This document shows positions 18,961-30,600 of a DNA stretch of 36,575 nt, piece by piece. The position numbers were made by a program, and so were the translations under genes. Source of the stretch: Escherichia phage T7; sequence record MZ375294.1; one strand, 5' to 3'. Within the stretch, counting starts at the first letter, position 1; the number at the start of each line of letters is the position of its first letter. The notes under the pieces are model-generated. The model was given only the letters and a program-made list of their open reading frames with translations, did not search any database and had not been told where the DNA came from.

Positions 18961-19884
18961 ATGGCTGAATCTAATGCAGACGTATATGCATCTTTTGGCG
19001 TGAACTCCGCTGTGATGTCTGGTGGTTCCGTTGAGGAACATGAGCAGAACATGCTGGCTCTTGATGTTGCTGCCCGTGATGGCGATGATGCAATCGAGTT
19101 AGCGTCAGACGAAGTGGAAACAGAACGTGACCTGTATGACAACTCTGACCCGTTCGGTCAAGAGGATGACGAAGGCCGCATTCAGGTTCGTATCGGTGAT
19201 GGCTCTGAGCCGACCGATGTGGACACTGGAGAAGAAGGCGTTGAGGGCACCGAAGGTTCCGAAGAGTTTACCCCACTGGGCGAGACTCCAGAAGAACTGG
19301 TAGCTGCCTCTGAGCAACTTGGTGAGCACGAAGAGGGCTTCCAAGAGATGATTAACATTGCTGCTGAGCGTGGCATGAGTGTCGAGACCATTGAGGCTAT
19401 CCAGCGTGAGTACGAGGAGAACGAAGAGTTGTCCGCCGAGTCCTACGCTAAGCTGGCTGAAATTGGCTACACGAAGGCTTTCATTGACTCGTATATCCGT
19501 GGTCAAGAAGCTCTGGTGGAGCAGTACGTAAACAGTGTCATTGAGTACGCTGGTGGTCGTGAACGTTTTGATGCACTGTATAACCGCCTTGAGACGCACA
19601 ACCCTGAGGCTGCACAGTCGCTGGATAATGCGTTGACCAATCGTGACTTAGCGACCGTTAAGGCTATCATCAACTTGGCTGGTGAGTCTCGCGCTAAGGC
19701 GTTCGGTCGTAAGCCAACTCGTAGTGTGACTAATCGTGCTATTCCGGCTAAACCTCAGGCTACCAAGCGTGAAGGCTTTGCGGACCGTAGCGAGATGATT
19801 AAAGCTATGAGTGACCCTCGGTATCGCACAGATGCCAACTATCGTCGTCAAGTCGAACAGAAAGTAATCGATTCGAACTTCTGA
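18961..19884 (+). CDS. 9: Capsid assembly (scaffolding) protein gp9
   Basis: 307-aa acidic ORF MAESNADVYASFGVNSAVMSGGSVEEHEQNMLALDV... Confidence 0.95.
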   Translation: MAESNADVYASFGVNSAVMSGGSVEEHEQNMLALDVAARDGDDAIELASDEVETERDLYDNSDPFGQEDDEGRIQVRIGDGSEPTDVDTGEEGVEGTEGSEEFTPLGETPEELVAASEQLGEHEEGFQEMINIAAERGMSVETIEAIQREYEENEELSAESYAKLAEIGYTKAFIDSYIRGQEALVEQYVNSVIEYAGGRERFDALYNRLETHNPEAAQSLDNALTNRDLATVKAIINLAGESRAKAFGRKPTRSVTNRAIPAKPQATKREGFADRSEMIKAMSDPRYRTDANYRRQVEQKVIDSNF

Positions 19885-19897
19885 TAGACTTCGAAAT

Positions 19898-19920
19898 TAA
19901 TACGACTCACTATATGGAGA
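19898..19920 (+). promoter_or_regulatory. T7 RNAP promoter phi10 with T instead of G at +1
   Basis: taatacgactcacTATATGGAGA; followed by the s10 leader and RBS aagaaggagatatacatATG. Confidence 0.85.
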
Positions 19921-19977
19921 CCACAACGGTTTCCCTCTAGAAATAATTTTGTTTAACTTTAAGAAGGAGATATACAT

Positions 19978-21015
19978 ATGGCTAGCATGACTGGTGGACA
20001 GCAAATGGGTACTAACCAAGGTAAAGGTGTAGTTGCTGCTGGAGATAAACTGGCGTTGTTCTTGAAGGTATTTGGCGGTGAAGTCCTGACTGCGTTCGCT
20101 CGTACCTCCGTGACCACTTCTCGCCACATGGTACGTTCCATCTCCAGCGGTAAATCCGCTCAGTTCCCTGTTCTGGGTCGCACTCAGGCAGCGTATCTGG
20201 CTCCGGGCGAGAACCTCGACGATAAACGTAAGGACATCAAACACACCGAGAAGGTAATCACCATTGACGGTCTCCTGACGGCTGACGTTCTGATTTATGA
20301 TATTGAGGACGCGATGAACCACTACGACGTTCGCTCTGAGTATACCTCTCAGTTGGGTGAATCTCTGGCGATGGCTGCGGATGGTGCGGTTCTGGCTGAG
20401 ATTGCCGGTCTGTGTAACGTGGAAAGCAAATATAATGAGAACATCGAGGGCTTAGGTACTGCTACCGTAATTGAGACCACTCAGAACAAGGCCGCACTTA
20501 CCGACCAAGTTGCGCTGGGTAAGGAGATTATTGCGGCTCTGACTAAGGCTCGTGCGGCTCTGACCAAGAACTATGTTCCGGCTGCTGACCGTGTGTTCTA
20601 CTGTGACCCAGATAGCTACTCTGCGATTCTGGCAGCACTGATGCCGAACGCAGCAAACTACGCTGCTCTGATTGACCCTGAGAAGGGTTCTATCCGCAAC
20701 GTTATGGGCTTTGAGGTTGTAGAAGTTCCGCACCTCACCGCTGGTGGTGCTGGTACCGCTCGTGAGGGCACTACTGGTCAGAAGCACGTCTTCCCTGCCA
20801 ATAAAGGTGAGGGTAATGTCAAGGTTGCTAAGGACAACGTTATCGGCCTGTTCATGCACCGCTCTGCGGTAGGTACTGTTAAGCTGCGTGACTTGGCTCT
20901 GGAGCGCGCTCGCCGTGCTACCTTCCAAGCGGACCAGATTATCGCTAAGTACGCAATGGGCCACGGTGGTCTTCGCCCAGAAGCTGCTGGTGCAGTGGTT
21001 TTCAAAGTGGAGTAA
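19978..21015 (+). CDS. 10A: Major capsid protein gp10A
   Basis: 345-aa ORF MASMTGGQQMGTNQGKGVVAAGDKLALF... ending VVFKVE. Confidence 0.97.
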   Translation: MASMTGGQQMGTNQGKGVVAAGDKLALFLKVFGGEVLTAFARTSVTTSRHMVRSISSGKSAQFPVLGRTQAAYLAPGENLDDKRKDIKHTEKVITIDGLLTADVLIYDIEDAMNHYDVRSEYTSQLGESLAMAADGAVLAEIAGLCNVESKYNENIEGLGTATVIETTQNKAALTDQVALGKEIIAALTKARAALTKNYVPAADRVFYCDPDSYSAILAALMPNAANYAALIDPEKGSIRNVMGFEVVEVPHLTAGGAGTAREGTTGQKHVFPANKGEGNVKVAKDNVIGLFMHRSAVGTVKLRDLALERARRATFQADQIIAKYAMGHGGLRPEAAGAVVFKVE

Positions 21016-21173
21016 TGCTGGGGGTGGCCTCAACGGTCGCTGCTAGTCCCGAAGAGGCGAGTGTTACTTCAACAGAAGAAACCTTAACGCCAGCACAGGA
21101 GGCCGCACGCACCCGCGCTGCTAACAAAGCCCGAAAGGAAGCTGAGTTGGCTGCTGCCACCGCTGAGCAATAA
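19978..21173 (+). CDS. 10B: Minor capsid protein gp10B, made by -1 ribosomal frameshift near the end of 10A
   Basis: Open -1 frame from the end of 10A to TAA at 21171-21173; established T7 frameshift product. Confidence 0.7.
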
Positions 21174-21221
21174 CTAGCATAACCCCTTGGGGCCTCTAAA
21201 CGGGTCTTGAGGGGTTTTTTG
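21174..21221 (+). terminator. Tphi, T7 RNA polymerase terminator
   Basis: ctagcataaccccttggggcctctaaacgggtcttgaggggttttttg: GC hairpin plus U-run. Confidence 0.95.
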
Positions 21222-21238
21222 CTGAAAGGAGGAACTAT

Positions 21239-21829
21239 ATGCGCTCATACGATATGAACGTTGAGACTGCCGCTGAGTTATCAGCTGTGAACGACATTCT
21301 GGCGTCTATCGGTGAACCTCCGGTATCAACGCTGGAAGGTGACGCTAACGCAGATGCAGCGAACGCTCGGCGTATTCTCAACAAGATTAACCGACAGATT
21401 CAATCTCGTGGATGGACGTTCAACATTGAGGAAGGCATAACGCTACTACCTGATGTTTACTCCAACCTGATTGTATACAGTGACGACTATTTATCCCTAA
21501 TGTCTACTTCCGGTCAATCCATCTACGTTAACCGAGGTGGCTATGTGTATGACCGAACGAGTCAATCAGACCGCTTTGACTCTGGTATTACTGTGAACAT
21601 TATTCGTCTCCGCGACTACGATGAGATGCCTGAGTGCTTCCGTTACTGGATTGTCACCAAGGCTTCCCGTCAGTTCAACAACCGATTCTTTGGGGAACCG
21701 GAAGTAGAGGGTGTACTCCAAGAAGAGGAAGATGAGGCTAGACGTCTCTGCATGGAGTATGAGATGGACTACGGTGGGTACAATATGCTGGATGGAGATG
21801 CGTTCACTTCTGGTCTACTGACTCGCTAA
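21239..21829 (+). CDS. 11: Tail tubular protein A gp11
   Basis: 196-aa [38 protein letters not shown]... Confidence 0.93.
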   Translation: MRSYDMNVETAAELSAVNDILASIGEPPVSTLEGDANADAANARRILNKINRQIQSRGWTFNIEEGITLLPDVYSNLIVYSDDYLSLMSTSGQSIYVNRGGYVYDRTSQSDRFDSGITVNIIRLRDYDEMPECFRYWIVTKASRQFNNRFFGEPEVEGVLQEEEDEARRLCMEYEMDYGGYNMLDGDAFTSGLLTR

Positions 21830-21852
21830 CATTAATAAATAAGGAGGCTCTA

Positions 21853-24237
21853 ATGGCACTCATTAGCCAATCAATCAAGAACTTGAAGGGTGGTATCAGC
21901 CAACAGCCTGACATCCTTCGTTATCCAGACCAAGGGTCACGCCAAGTTAACGGTTGGTCTTCGGAGACCGAGGGCCTCCAAAAGCGTCCACCTCTTGTTT
22001 TCTTAAATACACTTGGAGACAACGGTGCGTTAGGTCAAGCTCCGTACATCCACCTGATTAACCGAGATGAGCACGAACAGTATTACGCTGTGTTCACTGG
22101 TAGCGGAATCCGAGTGTTCGACCTTTCTGGTAACGAGAAGCAAGTTAGGTATCCTAACGGTTCCAACTACATCAAGACCGCTAATCCACGTAACGACCTG
22201 CGAATGGTTACTGTAGCAGACTATACGTTCATCGTTAACCGTAACGTTGTTGCACAGAAGAACACAAAGTCTGTCAACTTACCAAATTACAACCCTAATC
22301 AAGACGGATTGATTAACGTTCGTGGTGGTCAGTATGGTAGGGAACTAATTGTACACATTAACGGTAAAGACGTTGCGAAGTATAAGATACCAGATGGTAG
22401 TCAACCTGAACACGTAAACAATACGGATGCCCAATGGTTAGCTGAAGAGTTAGCCAAGCAGATGCGCACTAACTTGTCTGATTGGACTGTAAATGTAGGG
22501 CAAGGGTTCATCCATGTGACCGCACCTAGTGGTCAACAGATTGACTCCTTCACGACTAAAGATGGCTACGCAGACCAGTTGATTAACCCTGTGACCCACT
22601 ACGCTCAGTCGTTCTCTAAGCTGCCACCTAATGCTCCTAACGGCTACATGGTGAAAATCGTAGGGGACGCCTCTAAGTCTGCCGACCAGTATTACGTTCG
22701 GTATGACGCTGAGCGGAAAGTTTGGACTGAGACTTTAGGTTGGAACACTGAGGACCAAGTTCTATGGGAAACCATGCCACACGCTCTTGTGCGAGCCGCT
22801 GACGGTAATTTCGACTTCAAGTGGCTTGAGTGGTCTCCTAAGTCTTGTGGTGACGTTGACACCAACCCTTGGCCTTCTTTTGTTGGTTCAAGTATTAACG
22901 ATGTGTTCTTCTTCCGTAACCGCTTAGGATTCCTTAGTGGGGAGAACATCATATTGAGTCGTACAGCCAAATACTTCAACTTCTACCCTGCGTCCATTGC
23001 GAACCTTAGTGATGACGACCCTATAGACGTAGCTGTGAGTACCAACCGAATAGCAATCCTTAAGTACGCCGTTCCGTTCTCAGAAGAGTTACTCATCTGG
23101 TCCGATGAAGCACAATTCGTCCTGACTGCCTCGGGTACTCTCACATCTAAGTCGGTTGAGTTGAACCTAACGACCCAGTTTGACGTACAGGACCGAGCGA
23201 GACCTTTTGGGATTGGGCGTAATGTCTACTTTGCTAGTCCGAGGTCCAGCTTCGCGTCCATCCACAGGTACTACGCTGTGCAGGATGTCAGTTCCGTTAA
23301 GAATGCTGAGGACATTACATCACACGTTCCTAACTACATCCCTAATGGTGTGTTCAGTATTTGCGGAAGTGGTACGGAAAACTTCTGTTCGGTACTATCT
23401 CACGGGGACCCTAGTAAAATCTTCATGTACAAATTCCTGTACCTGAACGAAGAGTTAAGGCAACAGTCGTGGTCTCATTGGGACTTTGGGGAAAACGTAC
23501 AGGTTCTAGCTTGTCAGAGTATCAGCTCAGATATGTATGTGATTCTTCGCAATGAGTTCAATACGTTCCTAGCTAGAATCTCTTTCACTAAGAACGCCAT
23601 TGACTTACAGGGAGAACCCTATCGTGCCTTTATGGACATGAAGATTCGATACACGATTCCTAGTGGAACATACAACGATGACACATTCACTACCTCTATT
23701 CATATTCCAACAATTTATGGTGCAAACTTCGGGAGGGGCAAAATCACTGTATTGGAGCCTGATGGTAAGATAACCGTGTTTGAGCAACCTACGGCTGGGT
23801 GGAATAGCGACCCTTGGCTGAGACTCAGCGGTAACTTGGAGGGACGCATGGTGTACATTGGGTTCAACATTAACTTCGTATATGAGTTCTCTAAGTTCCT
23901 CATCAAGCAGACTGCCGACGACGGGTCTACCTCCACGGAAGACATTGGGCGCTTACAGTTACGCCGAGCGTGGGTTAACTACGAGAACTCTGGTACGTTT
24001 GACATTTATGTTGAGAACCAATCGTCTAACTGGAAGTACACAATGGCTGGTGCCCGATTAGGCTCTAACACTCTGAGGGCTGGGAGACTGAACTTAGGGA
24101 CCGGACAATATCGATTCCCTGTGGTTGGTAACGCCAAGTTCAACACTGTATACATCTTGTCAGATGAGACTACCCCTCTGAACATCATTGGGTGTGGCTG
24201 GGAAGGTAACTACTTACGGAGAAGTTCCGGTATTTAA
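21853..24237 (+). CDS. 12: Tail tubular protein B gp12
   Basis: 794-aa ORF MALISQSIKNLKGGISQQPDILRYPDQGS... Confidence 0.95.
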   Translation: MALISQSIKNLKGGISQQPDILRYPDQGSRQVNGWSSETEGLQKRPPLVFLNTLGDNGALGQAPYIHLINRDEHEQYYAVFTGSGIRVFDLSGNEKQVRYPNGSNYIKTANPRNDLRMVTVADYTFIVNRNVVAQKNTKSVNLPNYNPNQDGLINVRGGQYGRELIVHINGKDVAKYKIPDGSQPEHVNNTDAQWLAEELAKQMRTNLSDWTVNVGQGFIHVTAPSGQQIDSFTTKDGYADQLINPVTHYAQSFSKLPPNAPNGYMVKIVGDASKSADQYYVRYDAERKVWTETLGWNTEDQVLWETMPHALVRAADGNFDFKWLEWSPKSCGDVDTNPWPSFVGSSINDVFFFRNRLGFLSGENIILSRTAKYFNFYPASIANLSDDDPIDVAVSTNRIAILKYAVPFSEELLIWSDEAQFVLTASGTLTSKSVELNLTTQFDVQDRARPFGIGRNVYFASPRSSFASIHRYYAVQDVSSVKNAEDITSHVPNYIPNGVFSICGSGTENFCSVLSHGDPSKIFMYKFLYLNEELRQQSWSHWDFGENVQVLACQSISSDMYVILRNEFNTFLARISFTKNAIDLQGEPYRAFMDMKIRYTIPSGTYNDDTFTTSIHIPTIYGANFGRGKITVLEPDGKITVFEQPTAGWNSDPWLRLSGNLEGRMVYIGFNINFVYEFSKFLIKQTADDGSTSTEDIGRLQLRRAWVNYENSGTFDIYVENQSSNWKYTMAGARLGSNTLRAGRLNLGTGQYRFPVVGNAKFNTVYILSDETTPLNIIGCGWEGNYLRRSSGI

Positions 24238-24267
24238 TTAAATATTCTCCCTGTGGTGGCTCGAAAT

Positions 24268-24290
24268 TAATACGACTCACTATAGGGAGA
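24268..24290 (+). promoter_or_regulatory. T7 RNAP promoter phi13 (class III consensus)
   Basis: taatacgactcactatagggaga. Confidence 0.92.
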
Positions 24291-24317
24291 ACAATACGAC
24301 TACGGGAGGGTTTTCTT

Positions 24318-24734
24318 ATGATGACTATAAGACCTACTAAAAGTACAGACTTTGAGGTATTCACTCCGGCTCACCATGACATTCTTGAAGCTAAGGCTGC
24401 TGGTATTGAGCCGAGTTTCCCTGATGCTTCCGAGTGTGTCACGTTGAGCCTCTATGGGTTCCCTCTAGCTATCGGTGGTAACTGCGGGGACCAGTGCTGG
24501 TTCGTTACGAGCGACCAAGTGTGGCGACTTAGTGGAAAGGCTAAGCGAAAGTTCCGTAAGTTAATCATGGAGTATCGCGATAAGATGCTTGAGAAGTATG
24601 ATACTCTTTGGAATTACGTATGGGTAGGCAATACGTCCCACATTCGTTTCCTCAAGACTATCGGTGCGGTATTCCATGAAGAGTACACACGAGATGGTCA
24701 ATTTCAGTTATTTACAATCACGAAAGGAGGATAA
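24318..24734 (+). CDS. 13: Internal virion protein A gp13
   Basis: 138-aa ORF MMTIRPTKSTDFEVFTPAHHDILEAKAAGIEPSF... Confidence 0.9.
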   Translation: MMTIRPTKSTDFEVFTPAHHDILEAKAAGIEPSFPDASECVTLSLYGFPLAIGGNCGDQCWFVTSDQVWRLSGKAKRKFRKLIMEYRDKMLEKYDTLWNYVWVGNTSHIRFLKTIGAVFHEEYTRDGQFQLFTITKGG

Positions 24735-24738
24735 CCAT

Positions 24739-25329
24739 ATGTGTTGGGCAGCCGCAATACCTATCGCTATATCTGGCGCTCAGGCTATCAGTGGTCAGAA
24801 CGCTCAGGCCAAAATGATTGCCGCTCAGACCGCTGCTGGTCGTCGTCAAGCTATGGAAATCATGAGGCAGACGAACATCCAGAATGCTGACCTATCGTTG
24901 CAAGCTCGAAGTAAACTTGAGGAAGCGTCCGCCGAGTTGACCTCACAGAACATGCAGAAGGTCCAAGCTATTGGGTCTATCCGAGCGGCTATCGGAGAGA
25001 GTATGCTTGAAGGTTCCTCAATGGACCGCATTAAGCGAGTCACAGAAGGACAGTTCATTCGGGAAGCCAATATGGTAACTGAGAACTATCGCCGTGACTA
25101 CCAAGCAATCTTCGCACAGCAACTTGGTGGTACTCAAAGTGCTGCAAGTCAGATTGACGAAATCTATAAGAGCGAACAGAAACAGAAGAGTAAGCTACAG
25201 ATGGTTCTGGACCCACTGGCTATCATGGGGTCTTCCGCTGCGAGTGCTTACGCATCCGGTGCGTTCGACTCTAAGTCCACAACTAAGGCACCTATTGTTG
25301 CCGCTAAAGGAACCAAGACGGGGAGGTAA
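24739..25329 (+). CDS. 14: Internal virion protein B gp14
   Basis: 196-aa ORF MCWAAAIPIAISGAQAISGQNAQAKMIAAQTAAGRRQ...; the track ORF 24664-25329 is an upstream extension of this frame. Confidence 0.9.
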   Translation: MCWAAAIPIAISGAQAISGQNAQAKMIAAQTAAGRRQAMEIMRQTNIQNADLSLQARSKLEEASAELTSQNMQKVQAIGSIRAAIGESMLEGSSMDRIKRVTEGQFIREANMVTENYRRDYQAIFAQQLGGTQSAASQIDEIYKSEQKQKSKLQMVLDPLAIMGSSAASAYASGAFDSKSTTKAPIVAAKGTKTGR

Positions 25330-25335
25330 TGAGCT

Positions 25336-27579
25336 ATGAGTAAAATTGAATCTGCCCTTCAAGCGGCACAACCGGGACTCTCTCGGTTACGTGGTGGTGC
25401 TGGAGGTATGGGCTATCGTGCAGCAACCACTCAGGCCGAACAGCCAAGGTCAAGCCTATTGGACACCATTGGTCGGTTCGCTAAGGCTGGTGCCGATATG
25501 TATACCGCTAAGGAACAACGAGCACGAGACCTAGCTGATGAACGCTCTAACGAGATTATCCGTAAGCTGACCCCTGAGCAACGTCGAGAAGCTCTCAACA
25601 ACGGGACCCTTCTGTATCAGGATGACCCATACGCTATGGAAGCACTCCGAGTCAAGACTGGTCGTAACGCTGCGTATCTTGTGGACGATGACGTTATGCA
25701 GAAGATAAAAGAGGGTGTCTTCCGTACTCGCGAAGAGATGGAAGAGTATCGCCATAGTCGCCTTCAAGAGGGCGCTAAGGTATACGCTGAGCAGTTCGGC
25801 ATCGACCCTGAGGACGTTGATTATCAGCGTGGTTTCAACGGGGACATTACCGAGCGTAACATCTCGCTGTATGGTGCGCATGATAACTTCTTGAGCCAGC
25901 AAGCTCAGAAGGGCGCTATCATGAACAGCCGAGTGGAACTCAACGGTGTCCTTCAAGACCCTGATATGCTGCGTCGTCCAGACTCTGCTGACTTCTTTGA
26001 GAAGTATATCGACAACGGTCTGGTTACTGGCGCAATCCCATCTGATGCTCAAGCCACACAGCTTATAAGCCAAGCGTTCAGTGACGCTTCTAGCCGTGCT
26101 GGTGGTGCTGACTTCCTGATGCGAGTCGGTGACAAGAAGGTAACACTTAACGGAGCCACTACGACTTACCGAGAGTTGATTGGTGAGGAACAGTGGAACG
26201 CTCTCATGGTCACAGCACAACGTTCTCAGTTTGAGACTGACGCGAAGCTGAACGAGCAGTATCGCTTGAAGATTAACTCTGCGCTGAACCAAGAGGACCC
26301 AAGGACAGCTTGGGAGATGCTTCAAGGTATCAAGGCTGAACTAGATAAGGTCCAACCTGATGAGCAGATGACACCACAACGTGAGTGGCTAATCTCCGCA
26401 CAGGAACAAGTTCAGAATCAGATGAACGCATGGACGAAAGCTCAGGCCAAGGCTCTGGACGATTCCATGAAGTCAATGAACAAACTTGACGTAATCGACA
26501 AGCAATTCCAGAAGCGAATCAACGGTGAGTGGGTCTCAACGGATTTTAAGGATATGCCAGTCAACGAGAACACTGGTGAGTTCAAGCATAGCGATATGGT
26601 TAACTACGCCAATAAGAAGCTCGCTGAGATTGACAGTATGGACATTCCAGACGGTGCCAAGGATGCTATGAAGTTGAAGTACCTTCAAGCGGACTCTAAG
26701 GACGGAGCATTCCGTACAGCCATCGGAACCATGGTCACTGACGCTGGTCAAGAGTGGTCTGCCGCTGTGATTAACGGTAAGTTACCAGAACGAACCCCAG
26801 CTATGGATGCTCTGCGCAGAATCCGCAATGCTGACCCTCAGTTGATTGCTGCGCTATACCCAGACCAAGCTGAGCTATTCCTGACGATGGACATGATGGA
26901 CAAGCAGGGTATTGACCCTCAGGTTATTCTTGATGCCGACCGACTGACTGTTAAGCGGTCCAAAGAGCAACGCTTTGAGGATGATAAAGCATTCGAGTCT
27001 GCACTGAATGCATCTAAGGCTCCTGAGATTGCCCGTATGCCAGCGTCACTGCGCGAATCTGCACGTAAGATTTATGACTCCGTTAAGTATCGCTCGGGGA
27101 ACGAAAGCATGGCTATGGCGCAGATGACCAAGTTCCTTAAGGAATCTACCTACACGTTCACTGGTGATGATGTTGACGGTGATACCGTTGGTGTGATTCC
27201 TAAGAATATGATGCAGGTTAACTCTGACCCGAAATCATGGGAGCAAGGTCGGGATATTCTGGAGGAAGCACGTAAGGGAATCATTGCGAGCAACCCTTGG
27301 ATAACCAATAAGCAACTGACCATGTATTCTCAAGGTGACTCCATTTACCTTATGGACACCACAGGTCAAGTCAGAGTCCGATACGACAAAGAGTTACTCT
27401 CGAAGGTCTGGAGTGAGAACCAGAAGAAACTCGAAGAGAAAGCTCGTGAGAAGGCTCTGGCTGATGTGAACAAGCGAGCACCTATAGTTGCCGCTACGAA
27501 GGCCCGTGAAGCTGCTGCTAAACGAGTCCGAGAGAAACGTAAACAGACTCCTAAGTTCATCTACGGACGTAAGGAGTAA
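25336..27579 (+). CDS. 15: Internal virion (core) protein C gp15
   Basis: 747-aa ORF MSKIESALQAAQPGLSRLRGGAGGMGYRAATTQ... Confidence 0.95.
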   Translation: MSKIESALQAAQPGLSRLRGGAGGMGYRAATTQAEQPRSSLLDTIGRFAKAGADMYTAKEQRARDLADERSNEIIRKLTPEQRREALNNGTLLYQDDPYAMEALRVKTGRNAAYLVDDDVMQKIKEGVFRTREEMEEYRHSRLQEGAKVYAEQFGIDPEDVDYQRGFNGDITERNISLYGAHDNFLSQQAQKGAIMNSRVELNGVLQDPDMLRRPDSADFFEKYIDNGLVTGAIPSDAQATQLISQAFSDASSRAGGADFLMRVGDKKVTLNGATTTYRELIGEEQWNALMVTAQRSQFETDAKLNEQYRLKINSALNQEDPRTAWEMLQGIKAELDKVQPDEQMTPQREWLISAQEQVQNQMNAWTKAQAKALDDSMKSMNKLDVIDKQFQKRINGEWVSTDFKDMPVNENTGEFKHSDMVNYANKKLAEIDSMDIPDGAKDAMKLKYLQADSKDGAFRTAIGTMVTDAGQEWSAAVINGKLPERTPAMDALRRIRNADPQLIAALYPDQAELFLTMDMMDKQGIDPQVILDADRLTVKRSKEQRFEDDKAFESALNASKAPEIARMPASLRESARKIYDSVKYRSGNESMAMAQMTKFLKESTYTFTGDDVDGDTVGVIPKNMMQVNSDPKSWEQGRDILEEARKGIIASNPWITNKQLTMYSQGDSIYLMDTTGQVRVRYDKELLSKVWSENQKKLEEKAREKALADVNKRAPIVAATKAREAAAKRVREKRKQTPKFIYGRKE

Positions 27580-27605
27580 CTAAAGGCTACATAAGGAGGC
27601 CCTAA

Positions 27606-30600
27606 ATGGATAAGTACGATAAGAACGTACCAAGTGATTATGATGGTCTGTTCCAAAAGGCTGCTGATGCCAACGGGGTCTCTTATGACCTTTTACGTAA
27701 AGTCGCTTGGACAGAATCACGATTTGTGCCTACAGCAAAATCTAAGACTGGACCATTAGGCATGATGCAATTTACCAAGGCAACCGCTAAGGCCCTCGGT
27801 CTGCGAGTTACCGATGGTCCAGACGACGACCGACTGAACCCTGAGTTAGCTATTAATGCTGCCGCTAAGCAACTTGCAGGTCTGGTAGGGAAGTTTGATG
27901 GCGATGAACTCAAAGCTGCCCTTGCGTACAACCAAGGCGAGGGACGCTTGGGTAATCCACAACTTGAGGCGTACTCTAAGGGAGACTTCGCATCAATCTC
28001 TGAGGAGGGACGTAACTACATGCGTAACCTTCTGGATGTTGCTAAGTCACCTATGGCTGGACAGTTGGAAACTTTTGGTGGCATAACCCCAAAGGGTAAA
28101 GGCATTCCGGCTGAGGTAGGATTGGCTGGAATTGGTCACAAGCAGAAAGTAACACAGGAACTTCCTGAGTCCACAAGTTTTGACGTTAAGGGTATCGAAC
28201 AGGAGGCTACGGCGAAACCATTCGCCAAGGACTTTTGGGAGACCCACGGAGAAACACTTGACGAGTACAACAGTCGTTCAACCTTCTTCGGATTCAAAAA
28301 TGCTGCCGAAGCTGAACTCTCCAACTCAGTCGCTGGGATGACTTTCCGTGCTGGTCGTCTCGATAATGGTTTTGATGTGTTTAAAGACACCATTACGCCG
28401 ACTCGCTGGAACTCTCACATCTGGACTCCAGAGGAGTTAGAGAAGATTCGAACAGAGGTTAAGAACCCTGCGTACATCAACGTTGTAACTGGTGGTTCCC
28501 CTGAGAACCTCGATGACCTCATTAAATTGGCTAACGAGAACTTTGAGAATGACTCCCGCGCTGCCGAGGCTGGCCTAGGTGCCAAACTGAGTGCTGGTAT
28601 TATTGGTGCTGGTGTGGACCCGCTTAGCTATGTTCCTATGGTCGGTGTCACTGGTAAGGGCTTTAAGTTAATCAATAAGGCTCTTGTAGTTGGTGCCGAA
28701 AGTGCTGCTCTGAACGTTGCATCCGAAGGTCTCCGTACCTCCGTAGCTGGTGGTGACGCAGACTATGCGGGTGCTGCCTTAGGTGGCTTTGTGTTTGGCG
28801 CAGGCATGTCTGCAATCAGTGACGCTGTAGCTGCTGGACTGAAACGCAGTAAACCAGAAGCTGAGTTCGACAATGAGTTCATCGGTCCTATGATGCGATT
28901 GGAAGCCCGTGAGACAGCACGAAACGCCAACTCTGCGGACCTCTCTCGGATGAACACTGAGAACATGAAGTTTGAAGGTGAACATAATGGTGTCCCTTAT
29001 GAGGACTTACCAACAGAGAGAGGTGCCGTGGTGTTACATGATGGCTCCGTTCTAAGTGCAAGCAACCCAATCAACCCTAAGACTCTAAAAGAGTTCTCCG
29101 AGGTTGACCCTGAGAAGGCTGCGCGAGGAATCAAACTGGCTGGGTTCACCGAGATTGGCTTGAAGACCTTGGGGTCTGACGATGCTGACATCCGTAGAGT
29201 GGCTATCGACCTCGTTCGCTCTCCTACTGGTATGCAGTCTGGTGCCTCAGGTAAGTTCGGTGCAACAGCTTCTGACATCCATGAGAGACTTCATGGTACT
29301 GACCAGCGTACTTATAATGACTTGTACAAAGCAATGTCTGACGCTATGAAAGACCCTGAGTTCTCTACTGGCGGCGCTAAGATGTCCCGTGAAGAAACTC
29401 GATACACTATCTACCGTAGAGCGGCACTAGCTATTGAGCGTCCAGAACTACAGAAGGCACTCACTCCGTCTGAGAGAATCGTTATGGACATCATTAAGCG
29501 TCACTTTGACACCAAGCGTGAACTTATGGAAAACCCAGCAATATTCGGTAACACAAAGGCTGTGAGTATCTTCCCTGAGAGTCGCCACAAAGGTACTTAC
29601 GTTCCTCACGTATATGACCGTCATGCCAAGGCGCTGATGATTCAACGCTACGGTGCCGAAGGTTTGCAGGAAGGGATTGCCCGCTCATGGATGAACAGCT
29701 ACGTCTCCAGACCTGAGGTCAAGGCCAGAGTCGATGAGATGCTTAAGGAATTACACGGGGTGAAGGAAGTAACACCAGAGATGGTAGAGAAGTACGCTAT
29801 GGATAAGGCTTATGGTATCTCCCGCTCAGACCAGTTCACCAACAGTTCCATAATAGAAGAGAACATTGAGGGCTTAGTAGGTATCGAGAATAACTCATTC
29901 CTTGAGGCACGTAACTTGTTTGATTCGGACCTATCCATCACTATGCCAGACGGACAGCAATTCTCAGTGAATGACCTAAGGGACTTCGATATGTTCCGCA
30001 TCATGCCAGCGTATGACCGCTGTGTCAATGGTGACATCGCCATCATGGGGTCTACTGGTAAAACCACTAAGGAACTTAAGGATGAGATTTTGGCTCTCAA
30101 AGCGAAAGCTGAGGGAGACGGTAAGAAGACTGGCGAGGTACATGCTTTAATGGATACCGTTAAGATTCTTACTGGTCGTGCTAGACGCAATCAGGACACT
30201 GTGTGGGAAACCTCACTGCGTGCCATCAATGACCTAGGGTTCTTCGCTAAGAACGCCTACATGGGTGCTCAGAACATTACGGAGATTGCTGGGATGATTG
30301 TCACTGGTAACGTTCGTGCTCTAGGGCATGGTATCCCAATTCTGCGTGATACACTCTACAAGTCTAAACCAGTTTCAGCTAAGGAACTCAAGGAACTCCA
30401 TGCGTCTCTGTTCGGGAAGGAGGTGGACCAGTTGATTCGGCCTAAACGTGCTGACATTGTGCAGCGCCTAAGGGAAGCAACTGATACCGGACCTGCCGTG
30501 GCGAACATCGTAGGGACCTTGAAGTATTCAACACAGGAACTGGCTGCTCGCTCTCCGTGGACTAAGCTACTGAACGGAACCACTAACTACCTTCTGGATG

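Noticed and set aside
25531-26325. 264-aa minus-strand ORF inside gene 15
   Set aside because: Antisense to gp15 with no expression signals; the same reasoning applies to the other minus-strand track ORFs (for example 7756-8145, 8167-8649, 12917-13450, 14917-15456, 20452-21033, 30608-30946, 32139-32639).
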